Below are positions 1-12,978 of a stretch of DNA of 64,000 nucleotides, piece after piece. The position numbers and the translations under genes were made by a program. Source of the stretch: Octopus sinensis (lineage: Eukaryota); contig NC_043004.1 of the NCBI RefSeq assembly GCF_006345805.1, positions 46,314,001-46,378,000 of the forward strand. Direction: 5' to 3'. Each line of letters begins with the position of its first letter. The stretch's first letter is position 1. The notes below the pieces were generated by a model. That model saw nothing but the letters and a program-made list of their open reading frames with translations. It was not told where the DNA came from and searched no databases.

Positions 1-133
1 CATGTCTCAAACAATAATAACTCTTTGCTAGAGTGGGCCATGATCCCCATATATGACTAAAGGACTTCACCGGGTGGTACTATTAATTTAAACATGGCGT
101 GGGCCTATACTGGCCGAAACCTATATCAAAGTT
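1..133 (+). mobile_element. 3' end of CR1/L2-group LINE (same family as 29070-29572)
   Basis: Aligns by eye with 29445-29572 (catgtctca/tatgtcta, actaaaggac/actaaaagat, gtggtactatt/gtggtattatt, catggc..gggcc, ..aagttata); ends in (TA)n. Confidence 0.5.
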
Positions 134-137
134 ATAT

Positions 138-203
<66 letters not shown>

Positions 204-991
204 GTATGTATGTATGTACATATGTATGTATGTATTAACGTTTCTAGTAGTTACTGGTAATTTAATATTATAGCTTGTAGTGGTGATATATTAATGAGTA
301 TGTGCTGTTTTATTAATAACTTTTGAATGATGAAATAATGTATTTCACTCATAATTATTATGTTGTGAGTTAAATTAATTTCAATCATGTTTGTTTTGTT
401 TTAGAGATACTTATATAAAGCTTTAACTTTTATTATAGCAGTAACTATGGAAGACTGGTTGGATTGTCATATGTATGGATTTAAAGATTGGTCGCGATTT
501 AGCATGCAATTTAGTTATTGCAGCTTGCTATTAATACCGATACAATGTACATTGGTTTATATGTTTCTGTTGCAGTTTTATTAAAGTTAGTGTTAAATCC
601 TGTCAAAAAATTGATTGATTGAATGAATGTGGTTACTAAGCTTTCATTTTTATACTACACTATGGAAGATTGTTGGTATTATAATTTTTGCATGCTTAAA
701 ACATTGGTCGCTGTTTCGTTTCGAAATGAGGAGTTGGTTGTAATTTACAATTTGGATTTATTTACCGATACGGTTTTACAAAGGGTAAATGTGTTTGAAA
801 GTTGTGTTTTCTTTGGTTTCTTTGTTCCCAAACAAAACTTATTTTAGTGATGTTGACACCCCCGGATTGAATGGTACTGTCCATGTATCGAAACCATGAT
901 GATATCCGTGGGGCAGCTGATGATGGAAGTATGTTGAGTTGTTGGTGTGGCTGTTTCTGTATATGTGGAATAGTGTTATAACACATCCTTT

Positions 992-1030
<39 letters not shown>

Positions 1031-1178
1031 TACATACATATATATATATATATACATACAATTTAGGAGTGACCCCAACAGGTCACTCGTCCACCAGAAA
1101 GAGCAGCCATAACTCACACCGCCAAGTATTATTAATTCAGAAATTAGGTGAAAATTTAAAAACATTTACCCTAATTCA

Positions 1179-1279
1179 TCTTTTAGACGTTGCAACGTTT
1201 CTGTGTCATTAATGATTAAATTAGCTTAATTAAATTAAATTAAGCCAATCTACCATAGGTTACACTTCATCAGTAAAGA
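1179..1279 (-). ncRNA. Type I hammerhead ribozyme, unit 1
   Basis: Minus strand: UCUUUA-CUGAUGA-(65-nt stem II domain)-GAAAC GUUGCAAC GUC|UAAAAGA; stem I uuua/uaaa; palindromic stem III ACGUUGCAACGU. Confidence 0.8.
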
Positions 1280-1651
1280 CCTGGGAGAGACAAATATACA
1301 CGAGGCGTCTGTATCGAAGCCTACGGGATATCTGACTTAAAATTTTCAAGACTGACGTATTCGCGCCAAACTTATCAACAGTAAATATAAACTGCCGATT
1401 CAATCTCAGAATTATTCAGAAAATTATCAATTAGTCAATTTAGGGTAGCAAAAAAATTCAATAGAAATTTATCGCAACCAGCGGCCTGGTGAAAAAGAGA
1501 AAATAGTCATCGACTAAATATATAAATATAACGATTTAGGAGTGACCCCAACAGGTCACTCGTCCACCAGAAAGAGCAGCCATAACTCACACTGCCAAGT
1601 ATTATTAATTCAGAAATTAGGTGAAAATTTAAAAACATTTACCCTAATTCA

Positions 1652-1752
1652 TCTTTTAGACGTTGCAACGTTTCTGTGTCATTAATGATTAAATTAGCTT
1701 AATTAAATTAAATTAAGCCAATCTACCATAGGTTACACTTCATCAGTAAAGA
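1652..1752 (-). ncRNA. Type I hammerhead ribozyme, unit 2
   Basis: Same motif as 1179-1279. Confidence 0.8.
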
Positions 1753-2125
1753 CCTGGGAGAGACAAATATACACGAGGCGTCTGTATCGAAGCCTACGGA
1801 TATCTGACTTAAAATTTTCAAGACTGACGTATTCGCGCCAAACTTATCAACAGTAAATATAAACTGCCGATTCAATCTCAGAATTATTCAGAAAATTATC
1901 AATTAGTCAATTTAGGGTAGCAAAAAAATTCAATAGAAATTTATCGCAACCAGCGGCCTGGTGAAAAAGAGAAAATAGTCATCGACTAAATATATAAATA
2001 TAACGATTTAGGAGTGACCCCAACAGGTCACTCGTCCACCAGAAAGAGCAGCCATAACTCACACACCGCCAAGTATTATTAATTCAGAAATTAGGTGAAA
2101 ATTTAAAAACATTTACCCTAATTCA

Positions 2126-2226
2126 TCTTTTAGACGTTGCAACGTTTCTGTGTCATTAATGATTAAATTAGCTTAATTAAATTAAATTAAGCCAATCTAC
2201 CATAGGTTACACTTCATCAGTAAAGA
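2126..2226 (-). ncRNA. Type I hammerhead ribozyme, unit 3
   Basis: Same motif as 1179-1279. Confidence 0.8.
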
Positions 2227-2968
2227 CCTGGGAGAGACAAATATACACGAGGCGTCTGTATCGAAGCCTACGGGATATCTGACTTAAAATTTTCAAGACT
2301 GACGTATTCGCGCCAAACTTATCAACAGTAAATATAAACTGCCGATTCAATCTCAGAATTATTCAGAGAAAATTATCAATTAGTCAATTTAGGGTAGCAA
2401 AAAATTCAATAGAAATTTATCGCAACCAGCGGCCTGGTGAAAAAGAGAAAATAGTCATCGACTAAATATATAAATATAACGATTTAGGAGTGACCCCAAC
2501 AGGTCACTCGTCCACCAGAAAGAGCAGCCATAACTCACAACGCCAAGTATTATTAATTCAGAAATTAGGTGAAAATTTAAAAACCATTTACCCTAATTCA
2601 TCTTTTAGACGTTGCAACCTAATTCACCTAATTTCTGAATTAATAATACTTGGCGGTGTGAGTTATGGCTGCTCTTTCTGGTGGACGAGTGACCTGTTGA
2701 GGTCACTCCTAAATCGTTATATTTATATATTTAGTCGATGACTATTTTCTCTTTTTCACCAGGCCGCTGGTTGCGATAAATTTCTATTGAATTTTTTTGC
2801 TACCCTAAATTGACTAATTGATAATTTTCTGAATAATTCTGAGATTGAATCGGCAGTTTATATTTACTGTTGATAAGTTTGGCGCGAATACGTCAGTCTT
2901 GAAAATTTTAAGTCAGATATCCCGTAGGCTTCGATACAGACGCCTCGTGTATATTTGTCTCTCCCAGG

Positions 2969-3069
2969 TCTTTACTGATGAAGTGTAACCTATGGTAGAT
3001 TGGCTTAATTTAATTTAATTAAGCTAATTTAATCATTAATGACACAGAAACGTTGCAACGTCTAAAAGA
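2969..3069 (+). ncRNA. Type I hammerhead ribozyme, inverted arm
   Basis: CTGATGA 2975-2981, GAAAC 3047-3051, GTC 3060-3062 (predicted cleavage after 3062), stem I 2969-2974/3063-3069; internal hairpin ttggcttaatt/aattaagctaa in the stem II domain. Confidence 0.82.
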
Positions 3070-3286
3070 TGAATTAGGGTAAATGTTTTTAAATTTTCAC
3101 CTAATTTCTGAATTAATAATACTTGGCGGTGTGAGTTATGGCTGCTCTTTCTGGTGGACGAGTGACCTGTTGGGGTCACTCCTAAATCGTTATATTTATA
3201 TATTTAGTCGATGACTATTTTCTCTTTTTCACCAGGCCGCTGGTTGCGATAAATTTCTATTGAATTTTTTTGCTACCCTAAATTGA

Positions 3287-3384
3287 CTAATATATATACA
3301 TACATATAAATTTATATAGAGAGGGCATTATTATACATACATGTATATATATACATACATATATATATACATACATGTATATAT

Positions 3385-3429
<45 letters not shown>

Positions 3430-3509
3430 TATATATATATATATATATGTATATGTATATGTGTGTGTTTGTGTGTGTGTGTGTGCGTGTATGCATGTAT
3501 GTCATTATG

Positions 3510-3545
<36 letters not shown>

Positions 3546-3633
3546 AACACACACACACACATATATAAATATGCAAATATATAATATATATATATATATA
3601 AACACACCCACATATATATATAAATATATAAAC

Positions 3634-3692
<59 letters not shown>
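3287..3692. repeat. (TA)n/(TG)n/(CA)n compound microsatellite
   Basis: Direct reading. Confidence 0.95.
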
Positions 3693-3694
<2 letters not shown>

Positions 3695-4074
3695 TCAAGA
3701 AGAGAGGTGGGAGAGGAAGAAATTCAGAAGGAGCACGTCTGTGCTTGTGTGATTGCGTTTAATCTCGTATATGGTTACTTGGCGGTGGTCCACCAGGCCA
3801 CCAAGGACACATACATCATTCAATGTAATTCGATTGATATTCGATTTGTGATAAAAGTTAATTTTCTTTTGTTTCCAGTTCTAGTAACTGGACAGGAAGC
3901 AACATTGCACTTACCTAACGAAATATCTATTACTGCCCAACAATGCCTCGCAATGCATGCTTTGTTGTGAGGCCCTTTGCGTATGGCAAGTTTTCTGTCT
4001 TCGCAATCGATAAATGTGTCCGCCGTGATGCTAATCAAAAGTTGTGTTCCTGATAGATTTTTTTTTACTTGTTC

Positions 4075-4085
4075 GCTGTAGTAGT

Positions 4086-4146
<61 letters not shown>

Positions 4147-4164
4147 TGGGTGGTGGTGGTGGTG

Positions 4165-4200
<36 letters not shown>

Positions 4201-4385
4201 GTTGTTGTTGCAACAATAGCAATAATAATACTAATAAGGGTGATGATGATGATGATGATGATGATAACAACAACCACAAAAACAACAACAATAGCAACAG
4301 TAGAAACAACAACAATAATAATAATAAATGAGGACAGTAGTTTAAAGAGCACCATCAGCATCCTCACACATAACGATATTAATAC

Positions 4386-4417
<32 letters not shown>

Positions 4418-4660
4418 TGACTACGATGATGGTTGTTACTGGTGATTTTGCTTATTTCCAAGGTCTCAGTTGCAGTGAACACAAAACGCTGATAACAATG
4501 TGTGCGGCCTTCCATAAACATCAGATGAGGAGTGAAAAATCGGAGAAATGAAAATCTAAATCATCATCGTGTCTACTACTACTACTACTACTACTACTGC
4601 AGCTGCTGCTGCTGCCACTGCTGCTGCTTCTTCTGCTGCTGCTGCCGCTGCCGCTGCCGC
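4075..4660. repeat. Mosaic trinucleotide tract (AGT, AGC, GGT, GAT, AAC, ACT, GCT)
   Basis: Direct reading; the homopolymeric ORFs here are artefacts. Confidence 0.9.
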
Positions 4661-4769
4661 ACCGACGCCGACGTCACCGACGGGGCGATCTTCGCTATGG
4701 ACTCAGTCGATAGCCGGATCCATCTTACACGCAACAACAACTATCCGGCATAACTCCATAAGTCAGTAA

Positions 4770-5640
4770 CGCACAGACAAGAGACGAGTGCGTGCAGAAT
4801 TATTTCGTCGCTGGAGCAAGGCCTATTTGGCAAACGGTGACCACACCTGTTCACCGTTTACACAGATCGTCTGGAGATGCCGCAGCCTCAGCGCATATCT
4901 ACGTATCATCAAACGTGACATCCCCAGCCCTCCACGTAGATGGATTACCGTACCAACGGAACCTCTTCCCTCCACAAGAATTTGAAGAGGAGTCGCTCCA
5001 ACTTGGTGAGGCGCGAATGGGGGGCAAGGCACGAGGGTAGTAGATGTTGGACGCAATATACGCATTCGCCGCCTCTGCCTGAACTTTCAGTGAGAAATTT
5101 CTCGCAGCTCATTTCTGGGTGAAACTAGCTACCCTGCTCGTCACCTCATCCCGACTCTTTTCGATCTGTAGGTCTGGTCCGAACCAAAAACCAAGCAACT
5201 TTATCAGTCCGTCTGTCCAGCGCCCAACGACGGTATTTGACGGCATGGATTTGCTTTCCAGGTGCCGAGCTGCTACCCTACTGACTTTTCGTGGTTAAAA
5301 TTTGCTCCTGTCAGCTTTTCATATTCCTCCAATGATGTGCTGACGACTTCAATTTCTGAGGTATTCGACACCATGACGGTGATGTCGTCCGCATAATCCG
5401 ACTCAGCCCTTCCCGCATCTTGGTTCAAGTGGGATGCCCCGTAGCAACTCCAGCTTCCGCAGTAAAGGCTCAAGAGTCAATACGTAAACAAGGGAGGATA
5501 GAGGGCACCCTTGACGCACCGAGCGGAGATCTGAAGTGGTTCCATGAGGTTGTCATTAAAACTTTCCCCTGACCCATTTTCGGTTATTGCAGGAAGCTGA
5601 ACTTGTACAGGTATAATCATACGTCTTCGCATGTCACATT
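4770..5640 (-). mobile_element. Decayed L1/Tx1-clade LINE reverse transcriptase fragment
   Basis: Minus-strand SVRQGCPLS (about 5500-5525) and YADDITV (5375-5395), then LEEYEKLTGANFNHEKS; stops and frameshifts. Confidence 0.8.
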
Positions 5641-5694
5641 GTGTCATCGAAAGTAGTAGTAGTAGTAGTAGTAGTAGTAATAGTAGTAGTAGTA

Positions 5695-5738
<44 letters not shown>

Positions 5739-5741
5739 TGT

Positions 5742-6126
5742 GGAGGCGCAATGGCCCAGTGGTTAGGGCAGCGGACTCGCGGTCATAGGATCGCGGTTTT
5801 GATTCCCAGACCGGGCGTTGTGAGTGTTTATTGAGCGAAAACACATAAAAGCTCCACGAGGCTCCGGCAGGGGATGGTGGTGATCCCTGCTGTACTCTTT
5901 CACCACAACTTTCTCTCACTCTTACTTCCTGTTTCTGTTGTACCTGTATTTCAAGGGGCCGGCCTTGTCACTCTCTGTGTCACGCTGAATATCCCCGAGA
6001 ACTACGTTAAGGGTGCACGTGTCTGTGGAGTGCTCAGCCACTTACACGTTAATTTCACGAGCAGGCTGTTCCGTTGATTCGGATCAACCGGAACCCTCAT
6101 CGTCGTAACCGACAGAGTGCTTCCAT
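5742..6126 (+). mobile_element. tRNA-derived SINE, family A, inserted in (AGT)n
   Basis: A box TGGCCCAGTGG and B-box-like GGTTTTGATTCC; central domain shared with 15845-16166; (AGT)n on both flanks. Confidence 0.85.
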
Positions 6127-6128
6127 CC

Positions 6129-6205
<77 letters not shown>

Positions 6206-6949
6206 TTCCAGTTGTTCCCTGCGAGGACTTCATTCCAACTGCATCTCAGTGCTATTGCTTACCGAGTAATACTGCCTTTCAAGTGCTGATACTTGTTCGT
6301 CTATCCATGAGCGAGAAAATTCATGACGAAATATATGCTAGCTGCGACTATACACTTATTCCAACAATTGTTTATCACAGGTTATGTTTATTCAATATAT
6401 TATCTCCTTATATATATAGCTGGGAGAACATCATTTGGCAGATATTTTGCTGATGTTTACCAGATAATTTAATTTTCTCTCCATTTTTGCTATTCATTTA
6501 ATTGTCGGATAGCGAAAATTAAAACTGCAATTTATTAATGTGGAAGATAGATTATTGATGTTTGCTTCACAATGTCTGTATTTAGCATTCTGCTTTACAT
6601 ATCAACTTAATACGTGTATAATATTCTTTTCTTCTTTTTTCGGATTTTGACACTGTCTGCTCATTTGATTCCTCGATATATTTGAATGTTGCACATGTTG
6701 CAATTCTCTTAACTGAATATTCTTTTATCTAGCATGATATTAGTGTGTTTAAATATAGTAATTTTAATCGAGGTTTCCATGCATTTTATTTCTAATTTCA
6801 TTCTCACATCACTTTCCATTATAAATGGCACTGTAGTTTCCGACCGGTTTTTCGGTATTCATTTTATAACATTTGTATTCGAGTCTAGTTATATTTAAGA
6901 TGTATTACAGTGATAGTACCTAGGGCTGTCACCATTTTATAATTTGAAA

Positions 6950-7821
6950 ATCATTATTGTCATCGCCTTCGTCTTCGTCGTCGTTGTTGTTGTTGTTGTT
7001 GTTCTTCTTCTTCTTCTTTTTTTTCTTCTTCTTCTTCCTCTTCTTCTTCTTCCCTTTCTCCCTCTTCTTCTTTCTCCTCCTCCTTTTTCTTCTTCTCTTT
7101 CTTCTTCCTCTTCTTCTTCTTTGTCTCCTCCTCCCCTCTTCCCCCCTCTTCCTCCTCTTCCTATTCCTCCTCCTCCTTCTTCTCCTCCCTCTTCTTTTTC
7201 TTTGTCTCCTCCTCTTCCTCTTCCCCTTCCTCCTCCACTTCCTCCTCCTTCTTATTCTTCTTCTCCTTCCTCCTCCACTTCCGCCTCCTCCTCCTTATTC
7301 TTCTTCTCCTTCCTCTTCCACTTCCTCCTCCACTTCATCCTCCTCCTTCTTCTTCTCCTTCCTCTTCCACTTCCTCCTCCACTTCGTCCTCCTCCTCCTC
7401 CTTTCTCCTCCTCCTCCTCCTTCTTCTTCTTCTTTTTTTTCTTCTTCTTCTTCTTCTTTGTCTCCTCCTCCCCTCTTCCCCCCTCTTCCTCCTCTTCCTA
7501 TTCCTCCTCCTCCTTCTTCTCCTCCCTCTTCTTTTTCTTTGTCTCCTCCTCTTCCTCTTCCCCTTCCTCCTCCACTTCCTCCTCCTTCTTATTCTTCTTC
7601 TCCTTCCTCCTCCACTTCCGCCTCCTCCTCCTTATTCTTCTTCTCCTTCCTCCTCCACTTCCGCCTCCTCCTCCTTATTCTTCTTCTCCTTCCTCCTCCA
7701 CTTCCTCCTCCACTTCCTCCTCCACTTCCTCCTCCACTTCGTCCTCCTCCTCCTCCTCCTTTCTCCTCCTCCTCCTCCTTCTTCTTCTTCTTCTTCTTCT
7801 TCTTCTTCTCCTTCTCATTCT
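6950..7821. repeat. Polypyrimidine (CTT/CCT)n tract with internal 337-bp duplication
   Basis: ttgtctcctcctcccctc block recurs at 7121 and 7458. Confidence 0.9.
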
Positions 7822-10110
7822 CATTATAAGCATTGCCTTTGCACAGCTTCTAACGCTGGAGATGTACTACAGTGTTAGCTGTTCACTACCAGTGAACTAA
7901 GGTAACAACTCTAATTTTTCGAGCACCTTCCGGAGTATTCGAGCGGTTCCAAGCAGTGCTGTTTTCTGGAAGTGTTCCACCCATATTTCAGCCCATATTT
8001 GTTTCATGTACTTCTCAAGATTTTTACTCATTGTTCCCAGGGCTCTGACAGTTATTGGTACCGCTACTAATTTTTTCATCGACCACAACTGCTTAACATC
8101 CCAAACTAACATTCATACCTATCGACTTTTCCTTCTTCCTTATTGCATACCTTGTTGTCAGCTGGGCATGCTATATATATGATCCAGCATAGTTTACTTT
8201 CTTTCTCATTTAAGACTGGCTTCCTATTTTCTATCTCATGGTCGCACTGAATCATAAAATCCCACAGGATCTTTGTATTATCATTTTCGACAATGCCTTC
8301 GGGTTTATGGGCGTACCAATTTTGTGTCCTGTCAAGACCATACTTGTTGCACAACGTCCAATGGACAAGCCATGCTATATTGGTGCGGCATCTCTTACAT
8401 TCTTCGTGGGCTAGTGGCGTACATTGGCTGGTAATATGCCATACGGCTTCACCATTTTCCACAAATTCTGCACTTATGACTTTCTGATTTGTTGTCTACT
8501 CTATATTTTATGTAGTTTGTTCTTAGTGCTTGCGCTTGGGCAGCACATATCAGCACCTCCGTTTCCGGTTTAAATCACTTACAGTCATCAACTGCCATCT
8601 TTTTTTTGTCTGTCTTATTTTTAACATCCCTATGAAATTGTCCATGCATTCTTTTCTTTACCCATCTATTTTTAGTTTCATTTGTTTTCAATTGCTTGTA
8701 CGGTGCTTTATCTCTGCAATATTTCATCCTACACAAACCTGACCTTCTTACTTCTAATAATAGCGGTTCTATGGCATTTTTTATATATCATGCGATGTTG
8801 ATTTCTTCCGCTCTAATGCTGTGTTTGCATCCAATAAGTTCTCTTCCTCCTCTTTTTCTTGTTACATACACTCTGTCTTTGTCAATTTTGGGGTTGAGTG
8901 TCTCATATCTAGTTAGCAACTTCTTTGTCCTTCTGTCTAAGCTGTTTAGTTTGTCTACTGTCCATTCGATTACTGCTCCTCCATATCTAAGGAGTGAAAC
9001 CGCCCATGTTTTGATGGCTTCATTCTTATTCCGTCCGTTTAATTTCGTATTAAGGATAAGTATCAGTCTGCGCAAGTACTCCACCTTAAATTTTTCTGTC
9101 ATTTCTTTCTCCATCAATTTATCCATTTCCAAAATCCACAAGAACTTATAACCCGTCTCTTCTATCCGCTTCATAACCTCCCCCGACGCTATCGTTAGCC
9201 CGTCTATACATTTGATTTTGCCCATCTTCAAATGGGCAAAACTCCATTCTGATATCAGTCCAAACACCATTCTGATATCAGCACTGAAAGTATACACTGT
9301 ATCAACGAAGGAACTGAGTTGGGCTTCATCTTTACCATAAAGTTTGTGGTAATCCATGCATAACAAATGGTAATTTTTTTTTGGCGGCTTTTGAATACAC
9401 ACCCAGCTTTTGCTTTCCTGAAAATGAGTGTTAGAGGTATCAAGCACAGTACAAAGATCATTGGGGATAGGCAGTCCCCTTAGAATATGTATCTCCTGAT
9501 TTCTACCGTCCTTAAACTTCTTGCGTATGCTTTCAGGTCCGTCCTGCAATTCGCCATACTTTTACCAAGTAATCGCTCAGCATTCGATGGAATACCAAAT
9601 AGATTCATGCATTCCATTATCCACGTGTGTGGATATCGTACGTCTTACAATAGTCGATCTATGACATGCGTAAGTTACTTTTCCTCCTCTAGCACTTTCT
9701 AGTACTGTTTCGTCTATCAGGAGTTGATCCTTGGTACCTCTTCACTTACACATGAAAACTTTCTTTGTAAGTGGCAGGATTCCCTTTTTTTCCAGATGTT
9801 CGTGCATTGACTCAGCGAATATTCCATTCAATAAGTTCCAATAAGTTCCACATAAGAAGCAAACAGGATATCGGCCAGCTTTTCACTACCGAATTATCTT
9901 TTTCGATGTTTTTGAAGCACAGCGATGTCCTACCCAATGTTAACCACTCTGGTGTTACTTGGTCGTTATTAAACAAGGTGATGAGTTGCACAGCTATTCG
10001 TGCATGACATTCACCAAATCTTTTGATCCAGTAGCCTTGAACTCCATCTGGTCCTGGGGTCTTCCACTTGCTTTTTTTTTTTACTGATTTCCGTTTCTTC
10101 CCAAAGTGAA
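7822..10110 (-). mobile_element. 5'-truncated, decayed R4/Dong-clade LINE (RT + CCHC + RLE)
   Basis: Minus-strand motifs: WSSRL, MDYHKLY (RT), CRIC..NGEAVWHITSQC, KPEGIVENDNTKILWDF, ACPADNKV, QKTALLGTARILRKVLE. Confidence 0.9.
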
Positions 10111-10125
10111 ATTATTATTATTATT

Positions 10126-10196
<71 letters not shown>

Positions 10197-10212
10197 TATT
10201 ATTATTATTATT

Positions 10213-10645
10213 TAAGACATCGCATAGAGTCCAATCTCGTGATGTTGTATATCGAAATTATTTGTCCACTTAGGTTTTCTACTGTCTGTCAAGTCACAAG
10301 AAGAACCTCAGACAGAGAGTACTTTTCTCAATTTGCGTGTAGTTCCAAGTAATGCTGATTTTTGCGACACTTAGATTGTAGAGTGTTTCAAAAGTTTCCT
10401 GATGTTTCTTCAGCTTGGGAGGTATTGAACCCGATATTTCCGATCGCAAAAAGGATAACCATTATGTTTGACTCTCGTAGAGGCCACATCTCAGTTCGCA
10501 GGTCTCTAATTGGTGATCTCAATCCTCAGGTCTCCATATTTGTCGATGTCTTTTTTTCATAATAATATGTTGATCTCTTGGCACTCTATCGGGCCTTCGC
10601 TGTTGTAACACCTTGTCTGTTTGGAAGTTAATGTCCCAGTAACAT
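10213..10645 (-). mobile_element. 3' fragment of a second R4/Dong-type LINE
   Basis: QKSALLGTTRKLRKVL C-terminus; (ATT)n on both sides. Confidence 0.75.
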
Positions 10646-10659
10646 TGTTATTATTATTA

Positions 10660-10733
<74 letters not shown>

Positions 10734-10836
10734 TAGTTTTATTTTTTATAGCGTGCTTTCACTTCACTACCGAGCGCAGCTCTGTGTGCCTTGGGTATGT
10801 GCTGTGATTTGTTGTGATGCTCTGATATTATTATTA

Positions 10837-10874
<38 letters not shown>

Positions 10875-11312
10875 GGTATTAATATTATTATTATTATTAT
10901 CGGCTACTGTAGTAATAGTAACATTAATAGTAGTATTAATGTAATATAGACTTTAAATATAATTCAGGGGAGAATATATCGAAGATATAACCAATCCGTA
11001 TGCCGACTATAAAATATGGAAATTGAGATATATATGTAACCATAAAATAAAAATGCACATGGCAGCTATAGCCGAGGAATATATTAAACACCTTCAAAGT
11101 AAGTACATTTCTGTTGTATATATATTGCCATTAAGCTGTCACCACTTGGATATTTATTTAAGAGCTTTATGAACTTCTAAGACAATATATTCAGTTCTTA
11201 AATATGCCCCAGCATACTATCAATCATTCGGAAACATCACCAGTAATAACAGTATTATCAAACAAAGAGAATGTTTCAGTTAGCTAAGAAGTATATGATA
11301 TATTTACAGTGT

Positions 11313-11552
11313 GGAGGCACATGGCCTAGTGGTTAGAGCAGCGGACTCGCGGTCGACGGATCGCGGTTTCGAATCTCAGACAGGGCGATGTGTGCGTTTA
11401 TGAGCGAAACGCCTAAGCTCCACGCGACTCCGGCAGAGGGTAATGGCGAACTTCAGCTGACACTTTTGCCACAACTTTCTCTCACTCTTTCATCTTGCAG
11501 CTCACCTTCGACGAACCGGCGTCCCGTCCAAGTTTGGAACCTATACGCCCAA
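11313..11552 (+). mobile_element. tRNA-derived SINE, family B
   Basis: TGGCCTAGTGG A box, GGTTTCGAATC B box; homologous to 12205-12491. Confidence 0.8.
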
Positions 11553-11554
11553 GA

Positions 11555-11682
11555 AATATCTTCTATACTGAACTTTTACTCTGAAAATATATTTTTTATT
11601 ATTCATTCTCGAGCCATGCCTGGCTCGAGAATGAATAATAAAAAATATCTTTTCAGAGTAAAAGTTCAGTATAGAAGATATT
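11555..11682. repeat. 128-bp near-perfect palindrome (62-bp arms, TGCC loop)
   Basis: Arms 11555-11616 and 11621-11682, one mismatch. Confidence 0.95.
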
Positions 11683-12204
11683 ATATTTTATCTAAATTTT
11701 GTGATGGGTGGATAAAAAAAATGCTACAAGAGATGAATGAGTCATCACGCTTACCGGGCGAGATGCTTCGATATTTTTTTGATTTCTGTAATTAATCTTA
11801 CAAGTGTCTTTTGTTTCAAGTGAACATTTGAGTTAAATGTGAAGCATTTTGACAATTGCTACTCTCCTTTCAGTGTTCATGTCTCTCCCTCTCCCTCTCC
11901 CTCTCTCACACACACATATTTTTACACATACACACACACACAGATTTACACGTACACATGCACACACGCATATAGATGCATACAAACACACACACACATA
12001 AAAAACACTAGCAATGAAAGCTTTGAGAGTAACTTCCAAAATTCGGATTACTTGCCTTCATTAAGTAGGACGGAAAGAAATAATTAGAAATGTTGAAGAT
12101 TCTGTTAATCTTTTCCGTTTGATAAACAACAACTTAAGTAAAGAGAATCGTGTGCTCCTTCTCTTTACACACACACTCACACACATACACACATATATTT
12201 ATAC

Positions 12205-12491
12205 TTCCTTCTGTTCCTTCTCGAGCCATGCCTGGCCCATAAGGGCCGGTTTCCCGGTTTTTTTGGCGTATAGGTTCCCCACCTGGACAGGACGCCGGTC
12301 CGTCGCAGGTTAGCTGCAAGATGCAGGTAGAAAGAGTGAAAGAAATTTGAGTCAGCAGAAGTTCGCCATTAACTTTTGCCGGAGACGTGGAGCTCAAGGG
12401 TTTCGCTCATAAACACACACATCACCCGGTCTGAGATTCGAACCCACGATCCCTTGACAGTGAATCCGCTGCTCTAAGCACTAGGCCATGT
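12205..12491 (-). mobile_element. tRNA-derived SINE, family B
   Basis: Reverse complement of the 11313 family, with tail ..gccaggcatggctcgagaagg. Confidence 0.8.
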
Positions 12492-12825
12492 ATATTTATA
12501 CTGATAAACAAGGTACCTAAAAATGCAGCTATTGCAAATACAATTTGAACTGTCAAATGTTTAGTGATACACTTTCGATAACATTGACGGTGTTACGATA
12601 GAGTAGACGCTATAAAGAAGATCAAATACTATCAGAGCCGACGGTAGAGGAAAAACCGGAGTTCTGAATTCAAATATTCAATTACTTATTTATATAAAAT
12701 TTATATATAAATTACTTATATATATAAAATTCACGCACACACGCACAGACACATATATGTGTATGTATGTATATGTAAATGGATATATGTGTGTGTATGT
12801 ATGTATATATCAGTGTGCATATATA

Positions 12826-12873
<48 letters not shown>

Positions 12874-12875
12874 AG

Positions 12876-12978
<103 letters not shown>

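Larger units (their letters stand above)
1061..3290. mobile_element. Retrozyme-like array: about 3.3 tandem 473-bp monomers (HHR on - strand) plus about 1.4 inverted monomers (HHR on + strand)
   Basis: Unit starts 1061, 1534, 2006, 2482 (atttaggagtgacc), about 99% identical; inversion junction about 2619-2626; non-coding; one HHR per unit; both ends in TA-rich microsatellite. Confidence 0.9.

Noticed and set aside
890-923. GAAAC (890) and CTGATGA (917) as a type II or permuted HHR
   Set aside because: No NUH triplet with paired stems I and III could be built
3066-3112. AUGA-stem-AAA hairpin after the cleavage site as a SECIS element
   Set aside because: The 3' GA of the kink-turn core is not correctly placed in either sister family, and there is no ORF
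1061-3290. Interpretation as CRISPR array or ordinary satellite DNA
   Set aside because: There are no unique spacers and the context is eukaryotic; ribozyme cores, covariation and dispersed sister copies argue against a simple satellite
6944-7900. 318-aa and 290-aa Pro/Ser/Leu/Phe-rich ORFs
   Set aside because: They are open only because a CT-only tract cannot contain stop codons
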